A stretch of 64,000 bases of DNA from a cyanobacterium endosymbiont of Rhopalodia gibba (GTDB lineage Bacteria > Cyanobacteriota > Cyanobacteriia > Cyanobacteriales > Microcystaceae): the NCBI GenBank assembly GCA_045159875.1, contig CP067995.1, positions 2,208,001 through 2,272,000 on the forward strand, given 5' to 3'. This document shows positions 45,068-56,282 of this stretch, piece by piece (within the stretch, counting starts at the first letter, position 1; the number at the start of each line of letters is the position of its first letter). Both the position numbers and the translations under genes were made by a program. A model generated the notes under the pieces. It was not told where the DNA came from and searched no databases. It worked only from the letters and a program-made list of their open reading frames with translations.

Positions 45068-47158
45068 TTAAAACATAGGTTTAACCATCAAAACCACAGA
45101 GGAACGCCCTTGAACATGATAGCTGTTAGTTTTAACAGGATAAGCTGCATCCGATTTGCAGCAACTCTCGGATAAAGGTAACGCTGTGTCAATAATACAA
45201 TGCCAACATTCTCCGTGCTCTAAAATGGGCAATTCGAATTCCAGGGATTTCCAATAAGCATTCAGCATTACGTGCAGATATTCATCCGCATCGGGATGGC
45301 GCATACTAAAAGCCAAACAACGCGAATAGTAAGACCAGTCAGGGTGTCTTAATTTGGTTCCATGCCAACTAATCTGAGGATAATGAAGATTATTTACATA
45401 GGTGACTTCTAACCGTTGTTCTTGACGGAATAATTCTAACCCTTGGGTAAAGTGAATTAATTTTTTAACAAAACACCATAAATCAAATTGTCGATCCACA
45501 TCATCCCAATCAAACCAGCTCAATTCGTTATCCTGGCAATAAACATTATTATTTCCTTTGCAGGTTCGACTCACCTCATCTCCCATCAAAATCATTGGAG
45601 TTCCCTGGGAAATAAACAGAATGGTCAGAAAATTTTTAATCTGTTGTAACCGTAAGGCATTAATTCTAGAATTATCAGTCTTCCCTTCTACTCCACAATT
45701 CCAACTCAAGTTATCATTGCATCCATCGCAGTTATTTTCCCCATTGGCTTCATTATGCTTTTCATTATAGGAAACCAAGTCGTTAAGACTAAAGCCATCG
45801 TGACAGGTAACAAAGTTAATGCTACGGTTTGTGTCCATATCTATGCGGTGGTAAATATCGGGACTGCCTAGAATTCTTGCCGCTAAATAAGGAACCATTC
45901 CTAAATCTCCTTTTACAAAGCGGCGAATATCATCTCGAAATGGTCCATTCCACTCGGCAAACCAGTCTGCCCGTTCTATAAATCGACCTACATCATAGAG
46001 CCCAGCAGCATCCCAAGCTTCAGCAATAAGTTTGGTTCCCGCCAAGACAGGATCAGATTCGACTACCCATAATAAATCTAATGCTTGGCGATCTTTAATG
46101 GGAGTCCCACTAGCATCCCTAGTCAAAATTGAAGCCAAGTCAAAGCGAAATCCATCAACATGCATTTCTGATACCCAATAGTGCAGAGAGTCTAAAATTA
46201 AACGGGCAACAATGGGATGATTACCCCTAAAGGTATTACCACAACCGCTATAGTTTTTATAATGGGCTAAATTATCCGCTTCTAAAATATAATAAGTTGC
46301 ATTATCTATGCCCCGAAAACAAAGGGTCGGTCCTCGTTCGTCCCCCTCCGCAGTATGATTGAAAACTACATCTAAAATTACTTCGATTCCTGCTTTATGT
46401 AATGCTTTGACCATATCTCGAAATTCGTTAAGAGGTCCCATGGGACTTTTGTCAGAACTATAGATGCGGTGAGGAGTAAAAAAATTAATGGTACTATAAC
46501 CCCAATAATTTGTTAGTTCAGATCTAGCATCTTCAGAGTCAAAATAGTGAACCGGTAATAATTCAACCGCGGTAATGCCTAAGCTTTTGAGATAAGGAAT
46601 TTTTTCTATTAATCCGGCATAGGTTCCCCTTTTATCAGGTTTTACCCCAGAATTTGGATGATAGGTAAATCCTCTCACGTGCATTTCATAAATAATACTT
46701 TGAGAATAGGGAATGCGTAAGGGATGATCGTCTTCCCAGTCATAATTGCTATTGTCAATAACAACATTCCGTAAAGCTTGAGCACAATTGTCTCCGGCTT
46801 GTGAAGCAGCATTACGACTGTAGGTAGAAGATCCGATAATGGCTTTGCCATAGGGATCTAAAAGAACTTTATTCGCATCAAACCGATGACCACTTTCCGG
46901 TTCAAATGGACCATGAACCCGATAAGCGTAAACTTGTCCAGCTGTTAACCCAACTACGAAAATATGCCAATAGTAGTGGGTGCGGTTTGTTTGTGGTTTT
47001 AAAACTAGGACATCTGAGGGCTGAGGGGCGTTAGATTCCTTAAAAAGGAGCAATTCAACAATTGTGGCATGTTTGGAAAAAAGACAGAAATTAATGCCTT
47101 CTGGATAAACGGTAACACCAAGAGGGTGACTTTCGCCAGGTCGGGTATTGAGATCCAT
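45068..47158 (-). CDS. glgX: Glycogen debranching enzyme / isoamylase (GH13)
   Basis: NYWGYST, DVVFNHTAEG, DGFRFDLA, LIAEAWD, NFVTCHDGFSLNDLVSY, GNNNVYCQDN. Confidence 0.96.
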   Translation of the reverse strand: MDLNTRPGESHPLGVTVYPEGINFCLFSKHATIVELLLFKESNAPQPSDVLVLKPQTNRTHYYWHIFVVGLTAGQVYAYRVHGPFEPESGHRFDANKVLLDPYGKAIIGSSTYSRNAASQAGDNCAQALRNVVIDNSNYDWEDDHPLRIPYSQSIIYEMHVRGFTYHPNSGVKPDKRGTYAGLIEKIPYLKSLGITAVELLPVHYFDSEDARSELTNYWGYSTINFFTPHRIYSSDKSPMGPLNEFRDMVKALHKAGIEVILDVVFNHTAEGDERGPTLCFRGIDNATYYILEADNLAHYKNYSGCGNTFRGNHPIVARLILDSLHYWVSEMHVDGFRFDLASILTRDASGTPIKDRQALDLLWVVESDPVLAGTKLIAEAWDAAGLYDVGRFIERADWFAEWNGPFRDDIRRFVKGDLGMVPYLAARILGSPDIYHRIDMDTNRSINFVTCHDGFSLNDLVSYNEKHNEANGENNCDGCNDNLSWNCGVEGKTDNSRINALRLQQIKNFLTILFISQGTPMILMGDEVSRTCKGNNNVYCQDNELSWFDWDDVDRQFDLWCFVKKLIHFTQGLELFRQEQRLEVTYVNNLHYPQISWHGTKLRHPDWSYYSRCLAFSMRHPDADEYLHVMLNAYWKSLEFELPILEHGECWHCIIDTALPLSESCCKSDAAYPVKTNSYHVQGRSSVVLMVKPMF

Positions 47159-47498
47159 GGTGCAATTTATATCCCAGACGTTGTAGGAGTTACTCACAGT
47201 TGGAAGTCTATCTTAAGTCTATAGGTGATTACTGTTTTGTTTAGTATCTTTTTAGATTAATAATCAAAATAGTTCAGACATCATTGGTAACAATTACCAA
47301 ATGATAAGGAATACCAGTTTTTATTAAACTAGTTTTTACCGAAAAGTACAAGTGTTAAGACACAGACTAAACTAAGACAACCTCTAATTGTGTCATCTAC
47401 TTTGATATACTGTAAATCGTAATATTTATTTCTCTTAAATTACTGAAAATACAATATGTTAACTAATTTTTCCCCTAGAAATAACTAGGGGAGTATCC

Positions 47499-47939
47499 CT
47501 ATGCTGATGTTTCTGCTTGTAATTCTAGAGCCTTCTTTTTCATTAGTTGGAAGATATTATAAAATCCATTGGCACGGGAAGGAGTGAGGCTAACTTTTAA
47601 CCCTGTATCTTCAATAAAATCAGGAGTGACTTGTAAAATTTCAGCTGGTGGCAAACCATTTAACCCCTCAACCAGAAAAGCAACTAACCCTTTGACCAAT
47701 TGAGCATCAGAATCTCCCTGGTACCAAACCTTACCATCTTTCAGATTAGCAGTAATGTAAACTTGAGACACACAGCCTTGAACTTTATTTTTGGGTATTT
47801 TATGCTCTTCTGGCATTGATTCTAGTTTTTTGGCATACCACAGCAATTGTTCATAGCGTTTTTTGGGATCAGAACGCTGTTTAAATTTCTGGACAATCGC
47901 ATCAAGGTTGGGGGGTAACGAGATTGGGAATGATGACAT
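47499..47939 (-). CDS. sufE: Fe-S assembly sulfur acceptor SufE
   Basis: KVQGCVSQVY (conserved Cys), GDSDAQLVKGL, SLTPSRANGF. Confidence 0.94.
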   Translation of the reverse strand: MSSFPISLPPNLDAIVQKFKQRSDPKKRYEQLLWYAKKLESMPEEHKIPKNKVQGCVSQVYITANLKDGKVWYQGDSDAQLVKGLVAFLVEGLNGLPPAEILQVTPDFIEDTGLKVSLTPSRANGFYNIFQLMKKKALELQAETSA

Positions 47940-48257
47940 AATTCTAGCTTTTAAGTAGTAAACGTTATTTACATTAAATCTCACTATAATTATGCCACTT
48001 ACTTCTGAGAACCTATAATAATAAATTAATTAGAGCACACAGTTTCTAAACCTCTTATGAGAGATGAATAATCTTAATTTTTATTAAAAAAAATTTAGAA
48101 AAATTTAACTTAGAATATATAGATTTAAAGCTTGATTTTAAAAAATTTTATGCACTAGAGATAATAAAATCTTCTCAGTATTTTTTCGATTTCTTTGCAG
48201 GGAGATAATAAGACCTTGTATGCTAAACACATGCAGGACTGTGGGTTGCAGAAATAC

Positions 48258-48287
48258 CTCAATATCTTCTTAAGAGAAGATATTGAG
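48258..48287. repeat. Perfect 13-bp inverted repeat (4-nt loop)
   Basis: ctcaatatcttct-taag-agaagatattgag. Confidence 0.8.
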
Positions 48288-48358
48288 AAGCTAGGGTTCG
48301 TCGAGATGCTCCATCTTAACAAAATAGGCTGTAAGTATTTTATGGATAAATAATTATT

Positions 48359-48739
48359 ATGTCGAGAAGAAAAAAGCTCTTTCCCTGTGGTCATAAAGGA
48401 TACGGTCAACGGTGTCACCGATGTGCTCAAGTTAAAGTTGCCTGGGAACGAAAAAAACAAGAAAAAAATGATTGGGAAGACAAGTTCGATAAAGATCCCA
48501 TTGATTTGAGAACCCTACCTAGAAATGTTGTTCTTAAAGCCCGCAAAATTCTTAAAGATTTAGCCAATAGAAAAAATTATAGGGAATTTCATGGGAAGCG
48601 ACTTAGACATGATCGTTTTGTCATTAGTATACCTGTAACACGACATTACCGTTTAATTTGTCGTGATCAGGGAAATTTACTAGTCCCAGAAGCGGTCATT
48701 TCCCATGAAGAGTATAATATCTGTAAGCCTGGCCATTGA
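48359..48739 (+). CDS. Hypothetical basic protein with N-terminal C/H Zn-binding motif and RelE/ParE-like C-terminus
   Basis: FPCGHKGYGQRCHRC, then KRLRHDRFVISIPVTRHYRLICR...ISHEEYN. Confidence 0.78.
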   Translation: MSRRKKLFPCGHKGYGQRCHRCAQVKVAWERKKQEKNDWEDKFDKDPIDLRTLPRNVVLKARKILKDLANRKNYREFHGKRLRHDRFVISIPVTRHYRLICRDQGNLLVPEAVISHEEYNICKPGH

Positions 48740-48837
48740 TACACAATAAATATAGAAATTTTTTTAAAATCGCTCTGATTGTTTAATCTTCAAGTCAGCT
48801 TTTCGTTTTGCTTCCGACTATTCACTCTGGTGAAATA

Positions 48838-50037
48838 ATGCAAATTTATCTTGACTACAGTGCAACCACGCCCCCTCGCCTAGAGGTGATAACTAAAGTT
48901 CAGGAAATTATAAGACATCAGTGGGGGAATCCTTCAAGTTTGCATACTTGGGGACAGCGGACGGCTACTATTGTCGAAACTGCTCGATGTCAAGTAGCAA
49001 GTTTAATTAATGCTCCTAATGTTGACTCCATTATTTTTACATCAGGAGGTACAGAAGCGGATAACTTGGCTTTGTGGGGAATAGCCAAACAATATTCTAC
49101 TCCCCAACATTTAATTATTTCATCAGTTGAACATTCTGCTATCTCAGAAACTGCTAGACTTTTGAACCAAAGAGGATGGCAAGTGACAACATTATCTGTT
49201 AACCATCAAGGACGAGTTAATCCGTTAGAGCTTAAAGAGGCCATTCGACCAAATACAGTACTTGTTTCTATTATCTACGGACAAAGTGAGGTGGGAACAA
49301 TACAACCGATTAAAGAATTGGCACAAATTGCTCGTTCGTTGGGGGCACTTTTCCATACCGATGCAGTACAAGTAGCCGGTAGATTACCCTTAGATGTACA
49401 GAGTTTAGAGGTAGATTTATTATCTCTCTCAGGGCACAAAATTTATGGAATTCAAGGGGCAGGAGCCTTATATGTGCGTCCAGGGGTAGAAATTTCTCCT
49501 TTATTGGGAGGTGGAGGACAAGAAAAAGGGTTAAGGTCAGGAACCCAAGCTGTTCCAGCTATTGCCGGGTTGGGAGTCGCCGCTGAATTAGCTGCCTCAG
49601 AAATGAAAGAGGAAATCCCCCGCGTGACGCGATTACGCGACCGCCTTTTTGATCTGATGGCTGACTGTCCTTACTTAATTCCTACAGGTGACAGATTACA
49701 TCGTCTACCTCACCATGTCAGTTTCATTGTAACCGAGCCATCAAGCAATGATAACCTAGAGCAAATAACTGGGCAAACTATCGTTCGTCAGCTTAATTTA
49801 GCTGGAATTGGGATTAGTGCAGGTTCGGCCTGTCATAGTGGAAAATTAAGTCCTAGTCCAATTTTATTAGCCATGGGTTATTCTAGGAAAGAAGGATTAA
49901 GGGGAATTCGACTTACCTTAGGACGGGGAATTACCTCAGAAGACATTGAATGGACTGCCATAGTCCTGAAACAGATTCTTAATCGATTACTTACTGCAAC
50001 CATTGACTTTGGTGATACATTAATTCTATCGAATTAA
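48838..50037 (+). CDS. Cysteine desulfurase (IscS/NifS group, PLP-dependent)
   Basis: IYLDYSATTP, GNPSSLH, FTSGGTEADN, HTDAVQ, SGHKIYG (PLP Lys), SAGSACHS (catalytic Cys). Confidence 0.95.
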   Translation: MQIYLDYSATTPPRLEVITKVQEIIRHQWGNPSSLHTWGQRTATIVETARCQVASLINAPNVDSIIFTSGGTEADNLALWGIAKQYSTPQHLIISSVEHSAISETARLLNQRGWQVTTLSVNHQGRVNPLELKEAIRPNTVLVSIIYGQSEVGTIQPIKELAQIARSLGALFHTDAVQVAGRLPLDVQSLEVDLLSLSGHKIYGIQGAGALYVRPGVEISPLLGGGGQEKGLRSGTQAVPAIAGLGVAAELAASEMKEEIPRVTRLRDRLFDLMADCPYLIPTGDRLHRLPHHVSFIVTEPSSNDNLEQITGQTIVRQLNLAGIGISAGSACHSGKLSPSPILLAMGYSRKEGLRGIRLTLGRGITSEDIEWTAIVLKQILNRLLTATIDFGDTLILSN

Positions 50038-50146
50038 TGTCTGAGAGTGGTAGTTTTTTTTACTATAAATACGGAGACTCATAATGCATCCATAAAAAGA
50101 TAGTTGTTATCTTGTTATCAATTTACTGGTTAACAGTCAATGTTTT

Positions 50147-51412
50147 ATGTCAAAAATCCCTAAATCTCATTCCTTCAACGAAACTCCGGACCGTTTGGCA
50201 GAGTCAAATAGCCAAAAAAACACCTCTTCTAGTACAATGGGGACAACTTTTTCCTCTAATTCGTCGACTCTACATTCTATCGCACAACCTCAACCCTTAT
50301 ATCTGTACGAAGTGAAATCTTCTAACCCTTGGTTACTTTTAAGCGCAGCAGCAATTATGGGACTAGGATTAGGATTTAATATTTCTTGGCTAGGATTTTC
50401 GGCGGGAGTTTTTGCTTTATTGCTATCTTTACAAACTATTTTGCCGTCGATCCGAGATTGGGTGATTCAATATTTAACTCCCCAAGAACGTGACACTTTG
50501 CTCGGATTTTTGGTGTTTATCCTGGCGATTACTGGACTAGCAAAATATGTTGGTTTTTATCAAAAAGTTGGAGATTGGCTTAATCAGTTTAAATATGATG
50601 AATTTGGCTCCTGGGCTGAATGGGTAGGAGCATTGGGTCAAATTATGATTGCCTTACTTGCAGTTTATATCGCCTGGGCTCAGTATGTCATTTCCAAAGA
50701 TTTAACCATCCAGCAAAACCGTATTACTCAACAACAAACTATTGATACCTACTTTCAAGGAATCTCTGATCTAGTTCTTAATGAAGAAGGAATGCTTGAA
50801 GATTGGCCGCAAGAACGTTCTATTGCTGAAGGGAGAACGGCAGCTATTCTCAGTAGTGTTGATGAAGTAGGAAAAGCAAAAATTCTGCGTTTTCTGTCAC
50901 AATCAAAATTATTAACCCCCTTAATGAGAGATAGTCGTTTGGGTCGACCTATACTTGATGGTTTTGGAGGATACTCTGAAGATCGAGCTCATGGAGTACG
51001 AGTGATTAGTTTAGGGGTAATGTTAGCAGGGACAAATTTATCGGGACAAGATCTACGCTGGACAGATTTAAGTGAAGCTAATATGGTACGTGCCGATTTA
51101 AGTTGGTGCGATCTTGTCAAAGCCAATTTATCCCGAACTGTTCTTTATGATGCCAGCTTAAAAGGGTCAAATCTTAAAGAGACTCGTTTGTTTTATGGCT
51201 CTGTCGAGACTGCCAGTCCCCGTTCGCGTAGCTTTCCCCCTAATTACGAAACGGGGGCTTATACAGGGGTCGTCCTGGAGAATTGCAATCTGATGGCAAT
51301 CCAAAATCTCACTGAAGAACAGCGTTATTACTGCTGTGCTTGGGGAGGAGAGAAAACTCGTGCAACTATATCAGGGGGATGTTACGAGATTCCCAACAAA
51401 TTAGAGCGGTAA
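50147..51412 (+). CDS. Membrane-anchored pentapeptide-repeat protein
   Basis: Four hydrophobic segments followed by A(D/N)LXX repeats: TNLSG QDLRW TDLSE ANMVR ADLSW CDLVK ANLSR. Confidence 0.9.
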   Translation: MSKIPKSHSFNETPDRLAESNSQKNTSSSTMGTTFSSNSSTLHSIAQPQPLYLYEVKSSNPWLLLSAAAIMGLGLGFNISWLGFSAGVFALLLSLQTILPSIRDWVIQYLTPQERDTLLGFLVFILAITGLAKYVGFYQKVGDWLNQFKYDEFGSWAEWVGALGQIMIALLAVYIAWAQYVISKDLTIQQNRITQQQTIDTYFQGISDLVLNEEGMLEDWPQERSIAEGRTAAILSSVDEVGKAKILRFLSQSKLLTPLMRDSRLGRPILDGFGGYSEDRAHGVRVISLGVMLAGTNLSGQDLRWTDLSEANMVRADLSWCDLVKANLSRTVLYDASLKGSNLKETRLFYGSVETASPRSRSFPPNYETGAYTGVVLENCNLMAIQNLTEEQRYYCCAWGGEKTRATISGGCYEIPNKLER

Positions 51413-51805
51413 ACTACCCCACTTTCTCTGCTTGAAGTTGAGACTTCCAATCGAATTGAAGATTGGGTTTAAGAGATAAGAAATATTACTCTCTAGTCCT
51501 CTCACACCTCCTCCATTAGACGTAGGAGTAGTTTTTAATTACAATTCCGTAAGCCTATCTTCATTTATAATGTTTACCAATTCATGTTTTAGTTTATGAT
51601 CAATATAGTAATATTCATAAGTACAGTTTCTAAACTAAAGAAGTAAGTTACCAACATAATTTAGATATATATGACAAGTTTCAGGGCTAGATTACCACAC
51701 TCTCTTAAAAAATCACAGAAAATTTAACTTATTATCATTGATTAAATTTTTAATTCATTTTTTCATTTGATTGACAATCTTACAAAGATGCTGCAAGACT
51801 TCTTC

Positions 51806-51841
51806 TAATTCAATAAATATTCTTCAATATTTATTGAATTA
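51806..51841. repeat. Perfect 16-bp inverted repeat (4-nt loop)
   Basis: taattcaataaatatt-cttc-aatatttattgaatta. Confidence 0.75.
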
Positions 51842-52949
51842 ATATTTATCTGCTAATGTCTATAATCTTTTTTCTGACTCTAACTATAAAAAGTAAACAA
51901 ATAAATATTTTCTAGTAGTTCTTAAAAAAATTTTTATTATTTTACTGTTAAAATATCCGCCATATTCTCTTCTTGATTCTCTTGAAAAGTTCTTTTTAGA
52001 TAGCCCTATACTTTTATGAAAATATCTGTAAACTAAATTCAGTAATTTTATATTCACTCTTAAACTTTAATCTTAAAAAAATCCTATAGCTAGTTATTCT
52101 ACAAGTATTATATATACTACTTAAGGGTTTTATTAATATTTGCTTAAACTTCAGTTAATGCCTATCAAAAAATATATATATATTCAGATTATGTGTATAT
52201 TCCTTCAGTCTCTTAAGTTTTAAAAGCAAATTTTAAATTTTTCTGTATTTAAAAAATTAAGCTTTTAAAGTAATACTTTTCTCACTTTTTCTATTTTTCA
52301 CGTAATTTTTATTTTTGTTTAATAAGCTGTTTTAATCTCCATTGATTTTGCTTAATTTATTAGTATTAATTTTAATTAATAAATATTTTTTGTACTAATA
52401 GTTTTCATCTCTTATTAAAATTAAATATTTATTTTTAATATTATTAAATTTATTCCTTTGGGCTATAAATAAGGTTTTTTTATAGTAAATGCACTATCTT
52501 TCAGTACCCATAGTTAAGATATTTTTTAAAAAAAATACTATAGTTTTTTTTACATAATTTTTACTTTATTTAGATACTTATTTTTTAATTCAAGCCAACT
52601 AATATGCAGAGCTAAATTAATTTTTTTAGTCCTTTTTTTCTAGATTGTTTACATCATATCATTAGTGTTTTTTTATAAATTAATTTAATATGACTACCTT
52701 TTTCTTGATGAGATGATTGTTGTTGTACACAATGCAGGCTGCATTGATGTTTGACTAAATGCTTCGACCTACCAAATTGTAAGTTTGACGGAAATTTACG
52801 GATAAGAAAGAGAAGCAGTAGTCTTGTGCTAGAAACAGTATTTGTTGAAGTCTGATGCTATGAATATAAAATATCATATAGAGCTTACTCAAGTCTTTTT
52901 TTATATATAACAGTTTTCATTTAAATAGATTAAAGGAAAAAACAAAAAA

Positions 52950-53212
52950 GTCAAACCGTTGACGACTAACTCAAATATATCTCTTAGATTAAATATTTAA
53001 GAAATCAAAGTATTTAGAACTGTTTTATTAACCTTCTTGCTCGATTGATTACTTATACCTATTTGACTAAAAAATATTTTCTCTGTTTAGAAATTTACCT
53101 CACATCTTGTTGTTTTTAAACAACAATTGCAGTCTTGACTGTCAATGGTCACTATTTTCAATAATCGTTAACTTTGTCGTATCTTAACTAAGACGTTTAT
53201 AATAACAACTGC
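52950..53212 (+). mobile_element. IS982-family transposase remnant (C-terminus and downstream end), copy 2
   Basis: TVDD*LKYIS*IKYLRNQSI*NCFINLLARLITYTYLTKKY matches TVNDQLKNISQIEHSRHRS..NF.VNLLAGLIAYTY.PKKP. Shares nucleotide tracts with 44560-44710 (aagtatttagaa; ataatcgt.aactt.gtcgtat; aataacaact). Confidence 0.78.
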
Positions 53213-53379
53213 AACAGAATAGTTTTATGCTCTTTATTGCTTTCTAATGCTTGAAGAGACGATTGACAAAACTATAATTAACTTGAAAACGCTGAGCTAA
53301 AAATACTTTTTATTATGTTCAGATAATAACTTCTGAATAGCTTACTTTAATTGTTATTTTTCTATTTTCTGATAATTTT

Positions 53380-54720
53380 TATGACATAAACCTACGAAAT
53401 AATCCTAATAACACCTATAAATGCCCAAAATACTTGGATAAGGCTACCTGCTCCTCAGTATTTGGATAAATTCGATATTTATCTTTGTATATTATGATCA
53501 TAAACTGGGGTGAGTGTACCCTAGAACAAGGCAGAAAAAGTGAATGCTGTTCATGCAGAACATCCCTAATCTGTGGAGGATGAGAAAATCTTAGTCGACA
53601 TTACGTTAAAATTAGCCGGTTATGTAATATTAAATATTACAAGAAATCTGTTAGTGTTTAAGTTATTTCCATGGACATTCTCAACAATGCAGAAATTCTA
53701 AGATCTACTTAATGGTAAGGAGTTTTAACCATAGTTAACTTACTTTTAATGATTTTATCCTTTTTTCTCGTTGAAAGGTTCGTTTTCGCCTAGTGAGAAT
53801 TGCTAGGTTTATGCTAGTGTTAACTATAGGATTGTTGGGCTTGGGATTAAGATTATCAACTCGTCCCGAAATCTCTGGAGAGGTTTGCTTTTCCCGTATT
53901 TACAATAATGGAGCCAATTAAATATTCACTAATGTTACCTAACCAATTACTAAATTTTATTAGAAGCAACCTAAAAACAAGTAGCTAATAATTACTTTTC
54001 CCATAGAAGAGCCGCTATAGATAACAATGATTGTTTAAATATTCAAGTGCGTACTTTTTTAAATCTTGGATTGGGTTGATCTAGTCCTTTATATCTCGAA
54101 GAAGTTAAAGAATTTGAACGACATTGTCATTTTGTTCCTCAATTGACAGCATTTTTAAAAAATATGCTATTCTAGTTCATGTTTTTACTTCAACTGTTTG
54201 CGTTAGCGTTGTTCTCTATTAGAATTATTCGAGTACATTCAATCAGGTTGGATATTTTAGACCCAGTTTTTTCTGTAATAAAGATAATTTCACTCTAGCC
54301 TAATTAGTCAGTAAATAGTCACAAGGAAATATGTTAGCTTGGGATTATGTCTACCACAAATGTTAATTAGCGCAATTTTTATATTTCCTATAATGTGAAG
54401 CGTTCGTCACGGTTCAATGACTTGCGCCTGCAATTTAAACTAATGAGTGCGCTCACTAATTCAAGGAAAATTGCTGATAAATCGACAAAACTTGAATGTT
54501 ATGTTAAAGGTATTTGGATGTAGTTAGTTATGTTTTCTACTTAATTTATTACGTAGGTAGAACAATGGAGGATTAATCAACACAGGTCAAAAACCTATCT
54601 TGACTGGGTGTTTGGTAAAGATCCCCAACGGTCTATCAATTTGGCGAAGTTAACAATGATGGTTATGAGAATAAAAATATGTACATTTGAACAATCAACA
54701 ATACAATGCTGTGCTACTTT
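53380..54720 (+). pseudogene. One or two unidentified pseudogenes
   Basis: Protein-like plus-strand segments with stops, e.g. WIRLPAPQYLDKFDIY...AEKVNAVHAEHP*SVEDEKILVDITLKLAGY, RFMLVLTIGLLGLGLRL and RSKTYLDWVFGKDPQRSINL; family not recognised. Confidence 0.35.
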
Positions 54721-54786
54721 GTTTAAAAAAATTAAATAATTAAAGTTTTGACATTGAGTTATAGAGCTATGTTTCTATTCTAGATT

Positions 54787-56175
54787 CTAATTTTGCTTAA
54801 ATACAAAAACATTGTCTTGTTCATAAATAGAAATAAACTTTGTATCTTCTCTTATTTTTTTCACTAAATCAATAACAGTTTTTTTGGATTTTGGCCAACT
54901 CGGATGACGAACATTGAGCAGAATATAGTCAAAATTATTAATATCAATAGATTCCGCCTCTTTAATCCCTAACTTCACTACAGGACGATGGGTTAAATGT
55001 GGAGCAATTTGAGGAGATGTTAAAATTTTTACCTGAGGAGGGACTAACTTTACTCCTTGTTTCATCGCCAGTAATGTGTCTAATTGTTCTAAGTATTTTG
55101 AGCCAAAATAACTATATTTAGCTAATACTAAAAAAGTAATTAAAGACCAAATTGTAATTATTGTGCGACGTTTTATTATTTTTTTTCTAGCTGCTAATGC
55201 ATAAATGTTTGACAACAATAAAAAAGGTAAAATTGGCAAGGAATATTGATGAACTAAATCTTTTTGAGGTTGATAATCAGTTAATAAATTTAATCCTAAT
55301 TGAGGAATAGCTGCAACCATTGGAGTTAAATGACTGAAAGATAATCCCCAAATCACCGGAAAAACTAATAGAATTAAATATTCAAGATTAGCTAAGGTAA
55401 AAAGTTTACTAAGAACAATTCCAGGATTTAAAAAAAGATTTTTTATAATTTCTCCGACAGAATCTCCTAAAAAGGAATAACGTCCCAATGCAGCAACTTG
55501 ATCTCCACTAAACTGAGGAATAATAACTTGCGTCGTGATTAAAAGCCAAAAAAGCCCTAATCCTAACGCTATACTACCATAAAGACGTTTTCTTTCAAAG
55601 AAAAATAACCATAGTCCCATAGCTGCAACGGTTAAAGATAGTACAGCTTTACAACTTAAAATGATGATAATTGCTAATAAAAATTGCCAAAAATTATTGT
55701 TTTTTACTTCCAAGATTGCCCAAAATAAAATAGGTAAAGCTATGACTTCTGAATGAAAATCAAATAGATTGAGGTTAAACACTAAAGGATAAAGTAAATA
55801 AACCTCTGACATAGTTAAAGCTAAATTTTTTTGTAGTCCTGATTTCTGTGCTAGTCTGTAAACGGGGACTGCACCGAAGCCAAGAGCAACCGCTTGGATA
55901 GCAAATAACCAATGTACATTAGGATAAATTACATAAAATAATGCTAAGGGGTAAAGAATAAAAGCGGCATGATCTCCCAAAATGTGATTATCTACAAAAG
56001 AAACTATCGGTGTTTTTCCCTGACTAATTAAAAAAATTGCTTGATCAAACCAACCCAGATCTAAAGCATTCGATTGAAATAAAAAATGACGTAAACTTGC
56101 GCACGCAAAGAGTATTATTGTACTCGTACCAGTAATAGTCCAAAGCCAAAAAAGATTACTATCTTTCCCTTTCAT
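54787..56175 (-). CDS. DUF2079-family polytopic membrane protein (predicted GT-C glycosyltransferase)
   Basis: RHFLFQSNALDLGWFDQ, HILGDHAA, FNLNLFDFHSE, QKDLVHQYSLP; many TM helices. Confidence 0.85.
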   Translation of the reverse strand: MKGKDSNLFWLWTITGTSTIILFACASLRHFLFQSNALDLGWFDQAIFLISQGKTPIVSFVDNHILGDHAAFILYPLALFYVIYPNVHWLFAIQAVALGFGAVPVYRLAQKSGLQKNLALTMSEVYLLYPLVFNLNLFDFHSEVIALPILFWAILEVKNNNFWQFLLAIIIILSCKAVLSLTVAAMGLWLFFFERKRLYGSIALGLGLFWLLITTQVIIPQFSGDQVAALGRYSFLGDSVGEIIKNLFLNPGIVLSKLFTLANLEYLILLVFPVIWGLSFSHLTPMVAAIPQLGLNLLTDYQPQKDLVHQYSLPILPFLLLSNIYALAARKKIIKRRTIITIWSLITFLVLAKYSYFGSKYLEQLDTLLAMKQGVKLVPPQVKILTSPQIAPHLTHRPVVKLGIKEAESIDINNFDYILLNVRHPSWPKSKKTVIDLVKKIREDTKFISIYEQDNVFVFKQN

Positions 56176-56282
56176 ATGTTAACCATAACCAGAATAAAAA
56201 TGCTATGTTAGCCTAACTATTTTAGTAAAAAAATACAAAAAAGTTAAATAAAATTAAGTGATAGGAGGAATAGAGACTTTTA

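Noticed and set aside
51409..51450. gtaaactaccccactttc...gaagttgagacttcc resembling an IS200/IS605 or IscB-type element end overlapping the pentapeptide gene stop
   Set aside because: The hairpin is too degenerate and there is no associated ORF or second end, so it cannot be supported.
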